A stretch of DNA of 63,221 nucleotides, filler included, from Choristocarpus tenellus KU-1152 (taxonomy: Eukaryota > Protista > Phaeophyceae): assembly GCA_964200185.2 (NCBI GenBank). It is 14 parts of 14 records of this genome, joined end to end, with 100 filler letters (N's around TTAATTAATTAA, not from the genome) between each part and the next. Parts side by side here need not be neighbours in the genome. Positions count along the whole stretch, not along the records: positions 49,940 to 55,786 come from CAXNAD020009607.1; positions 55,887 to 58,438 come from CAXNAD020026841.1; positions 58,539 to 63,221 come from CAXNAD020013477.1; 11 more parts are not named here. One strand, written 5' to 3'. Both the position numbers and the translations under genes were made by a program. The stretch's first letter is position 1. The number at the start of each line of letters is the position of its first letter. Below the pieces are notes generated by a model that had not been told where the DNA came from, ran no database searches, and worked only from the letters and a program-made list of their open reading frames with translations. This document shows, piece by piece, positions 53,601-63,221 of this stretch.

Positions 53601-55689
53601 TGATTACCTTCCCCATCATTGAGCAGATCTCGTTACGGCCCAAGCTCAGTCATAGCTCTACACCTCAACCAGGTTCCCCCCGCTTGACACTTCTTGGTGC
53701 GCAGATGAAGAAAGAGGGAGGTACTAGTTAATTATCGAATTTGCCTTGCCGAGTACGCAATCTTCCGTATCGACAATAACCTTAGGAAACTTGCGTACTG
53801 TCTCTATGAGTTGCTCTGCTGGTACATGCTAGGAAGGATTATCATCACCAGTGCCTGTAGCTGCTATGATCGGGTGTGATTCCTCATCATTGTAGAGCTC
53901 TAGGTGCTAATATGGTGGTCCTTCCATAATCAGGGAGATGATTTGGCTCAAGAAGTCAAACGCACTCACTCTGGGTGTGTATATCAACAGCTGTGGACTG
54001 TTCTAGAAAACTTACAAGCTCGTGGAGGTTGTTCCACTTTTTACCTCACCTCTTCATGTTCTTTGGTTGTATATTGTTTTATTGGTTGTTGGTGCCTCGA
54101 AAAGAAACTTGCAGGGTAACGGCTCAAAAGACGTTGATCTGTAACGTAACTATAGCGAAACAAATATAAAAGAAAAATAGAACCTGTACAAGCATCAAGA
54201 GTTTTTCGACTATTTGAAGCATTCCAGGTCAATTGCAGATCCAATGTAAAAATACATACTCGATTGATTTGCAATTCTCGTACATGGCATCAAAAGTGAT
54301 GTAATCCGAAGTGTACGCACACAATGTTGTAGATTGAATCAATCAAAACGATAGCAGTAACGGCAGCGGTTAACCCTCTTACTAGTAGGACTGGGCTGAG
54401 CAGGGGCTATATATGTTGTCCACAGGGTCAACCAATTTAGAATGTGATTTACAAGAATTGGACTGGGCAAAAAAATATATAGATAGGGTTGGGGCATATG
54501 CTGGACTGGATAGGATACCTTTCTGTAGGGAAGCCCAGTCCTGGAAGTTCAGAGATGCGGTGGGGTCAGGCTGTGGACCGACTTGATTAACAACAGATCA
54601 GGTGTAAAATATCTGAACATTTACTGTCAAACAGTAAACGCAATTTGATACAATACTGCCTTCAACAGTTTCTGATGAGTGCATAGTCATACTGCATTGC
54701 CTACTAAACTGCAAATCCTATTTATACAGCAGGAGGGCTGGCAGCGATACGATACCAGAACGGTGCTCTCACGCCACATCCAAACAAGGTGCACCAGGAT
54801 CTGTATCTGTGACAACTCCAAACCCAACATAATTCATACTCAAAGCGCGATTGTTGCTTGGATGCAATCCTGTGTAACAGGACAATAAACCCCAGTAGAG
54901 ACCTCTCAAATATATGTGCCTGAAAACAACAGCAAGGTGCAGTCTACCGTCAAGATACTGAACTTCTACGTGTGCAACTAGCATCAATACTGCAACTGCA
55001 TCAAGATGTTTATGATGACTACTTCATTCAATATGCCGCATAATTCACACGCAGGGGGTGGGCTCACAAGACGCAATTCTACTACATAGCAGGGCAGCAA
55101 GTACAAGAACTGAAAGCTCAACAGTTTTGCCTGAGAGGCATATTGAGATGATGTACATGTCAGAACTTGATGTGAAGAATATCCGAGAAGGAGCAAAAAT
55201 GCCACAGTAGAAGAAACTGTCACGACCAGGATAGAGGTCCGTAAGTATGTCAAAACAAAGACCTGCGACCCTTTTGGTCTGCGGGCTGAGAAAAAATAAA
55301 GCAAAAAAATCTTGGTCTCCATGAAATAGATAATCGCGGACCGCTTGTCGCTGAATATGCAACATTTATTAGTTCTGTCAACGGTTGCTATTTTGCGCAG
55401 TCGCAAAGTGATCCGCTGACTCCAAATCATACACCTATTTCTCTCCCTGATTTGGACAGCCCCTCACTTCTGATGATGCAATCCACCCACAAGTAAAACC
55501 TGTGTTCGAACTGCAACACATTTCGCTGTGAATGTCCTAACTCTTTTAAAATACTGTGTAATCAAGTTTTGTATAATGGGCGCAATGACAATTCGTCCAT
55601 AGAGTCGAAGCTTAGCCTGCCAGACCTAGCACAACCTGAAGGTGTTAAGACTCACGACCTGCAAGTTGTATTATTCCGTCCTCTCCTTA

Positions 55690-55771
55690 CGCTAGTTCAC
55701 GCTGGGGGGCATGTTACAGAAGAAATACTCGCTCTATTCGCCTGTAACATGCCCCCCAGCGTGAACTAGCG
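55690..55771. repeat. Perfect 30-bp inverted repeat with a 22-nt loop
   Basis: CGCTAGTTCACGCTGGGGGGCATGTTACAG ... CTGTAACATGCCCCCCAGCGTGAACTAGCG. Confidence 0.9.
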
Positions 55772-56429
55772 GTACATGTTTCACGCNNNNNNNNNNNNNN
55801 NNNNNNNNNNNNNNNNNNNNNNNNNNNNNNTTAATTAATTAANNNNNNNNNNNNNNNNNNNNNNNNNNNNNNNNNNNNNNNNNNNNGGTGCCGGCGTCCG
55901 TTTTTCACCCTTTTTCGATTTTCACTTTTTTTTAATGATTTGGTCGCACGTGTCGGTTTTGAAATATCAGCAAAAAAAAGAAGGCTGCTGGTTAGGATCA
56001 TTTCTGTCCTTGCGTGTGCAAGAGGAACAGGAATATATGCCACCATTTGATTGGGTTTGGTTATGAGTTTGGACATTTGCATGTGTCGGATTTCGAGTCT
56101 TCTCAAACAGGTTTATTGGTTTATGTATGTTGGTCGCGCAGTTACGATGAAGAACAAGAGATACGTGTTAGGCTGTTCCAGGGTCGGATTTTTGATGTTG
56201 TTGTTGTTGCATGACTGGGATTTGGTTAGCACATAGAGGTACATAGAGGTTTGTCGGTTAGGGTGTGTTTTCCCACTGTTGGATGAGGAATTGACAAAAT
56301 AGTATGGGCTGTTGCGAGTTTGTTTTTTTCGTTTATTTGCTTGCATCGGTCATTTCTGGTGTGTACACAAAGAGGATTGTCAGTTTGGGGCTGTTCTCCC
56401 GGCGTGTGCACGAGGAACCAAAACATACG

Positions 56430-56675
56430 GAGCCAAAGTGTCTTAGAGGGCAGAGCGGTGTCCATTTGGGGGTCAAACACCAAAATTGTGATTTTGATGT
56501 AGTTTTGGCTATCGTGTTTGTTAGTAAGTGTCAATATCATTGTTCCAGACACACCTTTTCACAATGTGTACATTTTGCCTACTCCGAATGTAAATGTCAT
56601 AAAAAAAATCCTTAGAAGCCAAGCACTAAAGGGACAAGCAGGGAAAAACTCGTACTCTCTAAGATACCTTCACTC
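56430..56675 (+). mobile_element. MITE-A
   Basis: TIRs present; central hairpin half-deleted; TSD not preserved. Confidence 0.85.
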
Positions 56676-57299
56676 TGTATCATGTACAGTTTACATCTAA
56701 CACTTCGTTTGTTTGTGTGCATGTGTTGGATGTAATATGTAATAAGACAAGGCCACGCCAAGGTATGTGCGGAAAGTCTTTCGATTTTTAGGGCACACGC
56801 TACACTGACGACTGGGCAACTCAATGTTTCCTAACCACTACAGGATACCCAGTCACATACTGCATCCATCAGTGCTCACACACAAGGAATGCTAACCCAC
56901 CGTATACCTCCCTCCACTCTTCCACGCAACACAGATCGCGCGTTTGCATTCACCATAGGACCACCGACCTCCAGGTTCAGTGCCTAAGAGAGAACAGGAA
57001 GAAATTACATGCGAGTAAGAGCTTTAGCGACGATGGACAACGCACTTGCGCATGCGCATGCGCATTTTGCGACAAAGGCAAAGGATTCGGGTCTAAAGAA
57101 GTGGAGAGCACTCGAAAGTGGTGCTCATCTAATGGCCTTTCTCTAGTAAGTTTGTCTTCCAAACCACATCCGTGATGTGGCGTGAATGGTATCCAAAATG
57201 ATGAAACCACTGTAGATACACACCAACGTACTCACCCTCAAACCGTTTCACTACATCCTCTACAAATATGGCAGTTACAGCCAGACTCCACTAGTGACG

Positions 57300-58250
57300 T
57301 TCTATCCGCTACTCAAACCTCTACACCAACAACAAAAACCGCTCGTGGACTAATCAAAACAAGACAGGTGCGAGACGACCGTGCTGGAGTCCCTCAGCGA
57401 ACCGTCCTCTGGCGGTTCCTCGGGCAGTTTCAAAAATTCCTGTGTCAACGGTACATGTGACAGGTGTGACTGGAAATCTCATCCCATATGGAAGTGCCCT
57501 TGTATGTAAGACTCTTACAGCACCCGTGTCACATGGAACGAGTTCGTCCACGCGTACACCCCGGTGGTGGAGGCGGATTTGCAACAAAATACTTGCCTTA
57601 TCCAAACACTCACCAACCAGTTACATTTTGAAGACGAACGTGTCCGGTTACACCCTTCACGCCGGGTCCAGGACCGACGCAGCAACCTGCCCTACCAATC
57701 AACCATATCCCCGTGTAAACATCCAGACCACACACCCATGCTGCAATAAATCTCTCTATCCGTCTACACTGCCACACAGGCGCTGTCGTCTAGACGTGGC
57801 ATCGCCACCCCAAGCACGACCACCATGACATGATCCAGATGATCAAGGCAAAATATGCGGAGCTAAGGGCGGACAATCTCACGACGGACGATTTGATTAT
57901 CGCTAAGTGCATGGTGGGAGAGTCCGCCCCCGACCTCAGGAGGAACAGGACCGAAGAGAACGATGACGAAGACGCCACAGGGTCTACAGACAAACACAGC
58001 CGGAGGCGAAAGGTGAGCGACTGTTTCATTCCACTAGTAATTACAGTGTACATTGAATGTATCACACGACGTATTGGTCAAACAACGAGCAGATGCTCCC
58101 TCCCACAGCACCGTACATAATCGGTTACACCACAACTAAGCCAGAATCACCATGACCTATCACCAGCAACAACGCTTGATACGCGACCACCTGGCCCGTT
58201 CGATGCAGGTGCTGTTCCCAAGGACGGAGGGATTTCCTACACTCCTAAAA
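57300..58250 (+). pseudogene. Degenerate Sola2-like DDD transposase
   Basis: Ordered motifs across frameshifts: FKNSCVNGTCDRC...KCP...VTWNEF; ILKTNVSGYTLH; QTTHPC; HD; TYWSNN; GPFDAGAVPK (compare CxxGxCxxC, QxTxHP, WSDG, HGKGxxDGxG). Confidence 0.5.
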
Positions 58251-59778
58251 ATCATATTTGCAAACTTCGACAAGGAGTGAAAGTGTACTAGAGGGTACGA
58301 GTTTCGCCCTGTTTGGCTTTCCCCATGTTTTTTTTATTGACATTTTCCAACTTCAAAATGTTTAGGAGTAGGTAAAATGTATACGTTATGAAAAGGTGTG
58401 TCCAAAACATGGATAATGACACTTCCTAACAAACACGANNNNNNNNNNNNNNNNNNNNNNNNNNNNNNNNNNNNNNNNNNNNTTAATTAATTAANNNNNN
58501 NNNNNNNNNNNNNNNNNNNNNNNNNNNNNNNNNNNNNNTAATAAATAAATAATCAAGAAGTACAAATATATCAAATCTAGAACTTCAATATCATAATGGT
58601 GTTTACGAAACTGCCATCAAGACATATCGCCTGTGACAATTCTCCTGGATTATGTCTCTGTTACATATCGATGAGCTGTGAGCCCTGTTCCGTCCCTTTC
58701 CCAGAATTCCCGTCTCCCTCTAGTCCCTCAACCAAACTATGGGTAGGAGCGATGTAATTTTTTTTTAACTCCTGTAGAGCCAAGCCCTGGTGGATGTGTG
58801 GAAATTGGGAACTGAAGTCCATCAACATGGCAGGTGGCTTTTGAGGAGGCGGGATTTGCAATGCTTGTACTGCCGTGCCTGACAAATTGGCTGCGTTGTG
58901 ATGAAGAAAAATTATTGACGAAATTCCCAAAGAGAACCTCTACGCATGTAGGGAACGTCTCTATCTGTGGGAATAGCACCTAATAGTGAAAGAAGCAGTG
59001 CTTGCATCTTTTATTCAAAGAAGTAATGGATTGGAATTCATTGTATTGCTGTGGGTGTGATGCGTGTACATTTAGTGCAGAGGCAGGGCATTTGCTTTTG
59101 ATAGTAGGACCCTTGCATGGTGTCTTACTGTGTCGCAATCCATTTGCTCGTGTCAAGAGACTTGTTCGATTAGACTCTTTCAACTCTATCGGACAGTTCT
59201 GGTAAAACGTATGCGGAGTGAGAACAATCGTTAGTGATTAAGTTTGCTCAGCACCTTTTATTAGTGATTAGTTGTATGAGAATATTTCTCGTATAAAAGG
59301 AAATATTTCTGATTTTATGGGGTCCTGCATGCCCCGCTTAACTTTAATCAATTACTCTACAGGCATCAAGCAATCTCCCTGTGTTTATCACTTATTTCGT
59401 TTTTCATGACTTGGGCAAAACTTTAACACAATATATTGAACCTTAGGTTTCTAACCCATCATTTCATCATGTCTCCACGTCCTGCTATTCAAGAATTTCG
59501 ACAGCTTATGGCGACAATAGCGGATCTGTCACGAAAAGTTGGCAATATCGTGTTGCAGTCTGATAGAGTCTGCGACGGAAATCATCCCGTCGTCCAGGCC
59601 GCTGTGCTCAGCACACGGCTTCCGCCTGGGCATATACCAGTCGAAGTGGGTCCTGTGGAACTCATGTTAAGAACATTTTCCTAGAGAGGGGAAACAGTTT
59701 GGATGCTGTGAGCGTCGGAAGTAGGGCGAGCCGGATGTCCGGTTCTTCGACGAGTTTGGGTCAGGCGCACATATTGTT

Positions 59779-60038
59779 CAGTCAAAGTATCTTAGAGGGT
59801 AGAGCCGGGTCCATTTGGAGGCCAAAATCCAATGTAGTGATTTTGATGTAATTTTGACTATCGTGTTTGTTAGGAAGTGTCAATACCCATGTTCCAGACA
59901 CACCTTTTCATAACGCATACATTTTACCCACTCCTAAACATCTTGGAGTAGGAAAATATCATTTTAAGAAAACATGGGAAGCCAAACCCCAAATGGACAA
60001 ACAAGGCAAAACTCGTACCCTCTAAGATACTTTCATTC
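59779..60038 (+). mobile_element. MITE-A
   Basis: Full body with both TIRs. Confidence 0.85.
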
Positions 60039-62246
60039 ACATTCATCCTAAGAGGTCAAGGGCTCAGCCACCAAAATTATTGGACGACTCGGACTGCCGG
60101 AACTGGCTGAGCCGTTTCATCGTGCACTGTTATATATATATCCATTCCCTGGGTGCATTAGAAAGTGAAAGACCAGCTAACCAAGAACACTCCTACAAAG
60201 AACTTCTCTTGGATGGGTTCAGCGCAAATGATATCTGGATGGCCGAAGAGGCTTAATATGAACTTACTGTTGCTCTTGTTGCACCCACCACCAGGTAGGT
60301 CTCTGTGCTATGTGCACCAAAGCCAGAGTGAGCTTTTCCGAGCAGTAGATGATTGGTTCATGCCCAACACAGCGGGTAATAGCCAACATTTGTTCCGTGA
60401 GTTTTTCTCTTTGAAGGTGGAGAAGGGGGAGAATCCGCTCCTGACCTTAACAAATTTGGAGGAGCAATGGGGGAGGATCCTATCAATGGGCCTCGCCATC
60501 TCGGACAATCTGTTGCTCCTACAGTTTCTGAGTGCACTCGGATCAGATTACAATACCGAGATACACATGATGACCTCGCAGAGGACACTATGTCGAGCAG
60601 ACGTCGAGAAGACAATCCGATAGCAATATGCTTCCCTTCATGAGGGAAAGTAGTCAAGACAAAAGAGCAGCCACGCTTAGGATGTTAGCAGTCGATCCCC
60701 TCATCCTACCGGCCAAGGTCGTGGGATGGAACGTAAATTTCATGGTGGAAGAAAGAAAATGGTCCTAATTCCAACCCTAAAACTTCCGAGAAGATTCCTT
60801 GTGAGAAGGGTGGTAAGAATGAACACGAGAAGGGAGCTTGCCCAAGCCGCATTTGCACCGAGTGTGGTGGACGTACCCATGATGCTACAACACGTACTTC
60901 AGTGTTCATCAGTAGGGTGGAGTCTGGGAAAGAAACTGCTAGACTGAGGCGAAACCTTCTCACATTACTGTGGAAAGTGCAACCAGCGGCGACGACAACG
61001 AACGGTACACACTACTGGCCGCCACTGATGACTCTCCGAGCAGCAATGCTCAAGGCAAGTGTGGGGTAAATGAATGTTTGGTGTCAAGTGTTGGGGTTGG
61101 CCACGAAAGAGAAGAGTGGATTTTTGACAATGCGGCTACATGTCACATGACAAACATGATAGCATGCATGACCAACTACAAAACCCTGTGTAGTAGATCG
61201 AAGAGCAATTACTGCCTGTCATAATTCCTTTTGTATTGCCGGTCATGGTGATCTAACCATCTTGTTCCCTTGCGGACAACAAGTGTTTGTAGATAGTGCT
61301 GCTGATATACTATAGACACCACCGGTGGATTAGGTGATAGGATGGAGAGCCAGTGACATATATCATATGTACTGACTCATAGTGTCCATTGATTTCTGTG
61401 TCATGTTCAAGTAACACTTGCTATAGTTAAGATAAGTTAATAAATTATTCATAGTAATTAGTGTGGACGATTGCAAATCCCACACTATAGGAACAGTAAT
61501 GATACTCTAGGCACATATCACCACCCACCATTTCAGTCAACAGAATTGAGATCACAAGCCCCTTGTAACATTGATATTGCATATCTACATATCAAGCTAT
61601 TCATTGTCCTCTATCAAGGCACACAGCCGCGGGTCCAGTATGGAATATTTCAACACAAGGAAGTATAGATTCTCCTTCATAATGTCGCACATGTCCCAAA
61701 TCTTGGATTCAACTTTTTTTCTTACTAAGCCACAGCAAATATGGGTGCAAAATACACTGGCACAGCTAGTACATTTTCGTTAGCTAATGGTAAAATTATC
61801 TTCACAAGAGATCCTGGTTGTCATTATACCCTCCATGTTCAATGGATATTGCCGCGACCTGGTCGGTATGCTGAAGTTACTTTGAAGGTCACCATAGCCC
61901 CCTCACTTGCACCTCACGCTCCCCACACAGACGTTGATATTAACCTTATTCATTGATCTTATGGCCACATGCACAAGGCATTGCTCAAGTCCACCGCCAG
62001 TTCAATGGGCACTACATTGGTGGGTGAGCTGGAACCATATGCGGGCTGCTCTGTGAGCAAGGGCATACGGAAGGGCGTCCTATTCAGCACGTCTAAAAGG
62101 GTGGTGAGAAAGCTGGATCGTATTTTTGTCGATCTACGTAGGAAGAGGGCTACCCATTCAATTTGCTGTAAACGATACACTATGATAATCCAGGACGACT
62201 ATTCTCGTTTTGTTTGGTTGTATTTCCTTTGCACTAAGTCGGATGT

Positions 62247-62497
62247 GAGTGAAAGTATCTTAGAGGGTACGAGTTTTGCCTTGTTTGTCCATTTGGGGCT
62301 TGGCTTCCCATTGGTTCTTTATGACATTTTCCTATTCCAAAATGTTTCGGAGTACATAAAGTGTACATGTTATGAAAAGGTGTGTCCAGAAATTGACACT
62401 TCCTAACAAACACAATACCCAAAATTACATCAAATTCGCGATATTGGATTTTGGCCCCCAAATGGGCGCGGTTCTACCCTCTAAGATACTTCGACTC
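62247..62497 (-). mobile_element. MITE-A inside copia integrase
   Basis: TSD ATGT; removal restores KSDVAEAFKKY. Confidence 0.95.
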
Positions 62498-62651
62498 ATG
62501 TCGCTGAAGCCTTCAAGAAGTACCTGGCCATTATCCGGGGTAACGGTACTCCCTCTCGGGTCAAGTGCATGCGGTCTGACAATGGGGAGGAATCTTATGG
62601 GGGAACTTTTGGCGTCCTTTGCCGTGATCGCGGGATAAAGCAGGAGTTTAC

Positions 62652-62908
62652 GAGCCAAAGTATCTTAGAGGGTAGGGCCGCGTCCAATTGTGGGCCAAAA
62701 TCCAATGTTGCGATTTTGATGTAATTTTGGCTATTGTGTTGTTAGGAAGTGTCAATATCCTTGTTCCGAACACACCTTTTCATAAGGTACATATCTTACC
62801 TACTCCGAAACATTTTGGAGCAGGAAAAAGTAAAAAAGAAACCGTAGGAAGCCAAGCCTCAAATGGACAAACAGGGCAAAGCTCGTACCCTCCAAGATAC
62901 TTTCACTC
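62652..62908 (+). mobile_element. MITE-A inside copia integrase
   Basis: TSD TTAC; removal restores QEFTPADRPQFNGVAER. Confidence 0.95.
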
Positions 62909-63221
62909 TTACACCTGCAGACAGACCTCAATTTAATGGGGTTGCTGAACGCATGTTGGGTATCGTTGATGGAGAATCATTATCCGTCCGCCTCCAAGCT
63001 CCACTCATTTTGACTCAAAGTATCTGGGAGGGGGGGGTGGCGGCTGTCCATTTGGGGTCAATCTTTTTTATGTCGCGATTTTTGTGTGATTTGGTTGCAT
63101 ACGTCGGATGGATAATGTAATTGCACCTTTCCGGATTTAACAGGGGATTCTCAAAATTGAGGATGGAGCGGGACTATGAGGATGGTTGTTCTGCGAAAAA
63201 AAAAAAAAAAAAGTACCGAAA

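Larger units (their letters stand above)
60060..63011 (+). mobile_element. Degenerate Ty1/copia (PBS-like site, gag, protease, integrase) with three MITE insertions
   Basis: gag FREFFSLKVEKGENP...LGSDY; EEWIFDNAATCHMTN; YGHMHKALLK...; DDYSRFVWLYFL; MRSDNGEE; PQFNGVAER. Confidence 0.9.

Overview
Eukaryotic, repeat-rich DNA from a photosynthetic stramenopile, most likely a brown alga (LHCX-like antenna exon, 7TM-RGS gene, PIH1/kintoun-like gene, intron-rich genes, interstitial TTAGGG). The window is not contiguous: about 14 short contigs are joined by an artificial N-TTAATTAATTAA-N linker, so adjacency across linkers means nothing. Host gene fragments are coatomer beta' (COPB2), a 7TM-RGS protein, a PIH1/DNAAF2-like protein, an LHC, a TRIC/TMEM38 channel and a reprolysin-like secreted protease. 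The rest is nested TEs: several Ty1/copia relics, a DIRS tyrosine-recombinase element, a non-LTR relic, a CAGT-ended TIR element and about 21 copies of two sister MITE families. Main observations: (1) an unclassified, hierarchically palindromic element with TG...CA ends and a near-perfect 5-bp TSD, one copy of which carries a captured copia gag fragment at its symmetry axis; (2) a MITE burst with GAG termini and 4-bp TSDs plus a decayed Sola2-like transposase that could be its partner; (3) three GC-AG introns among roughly ten introns I could reconstruct. All calls come from reading the sequence by eye; no database searches were run.
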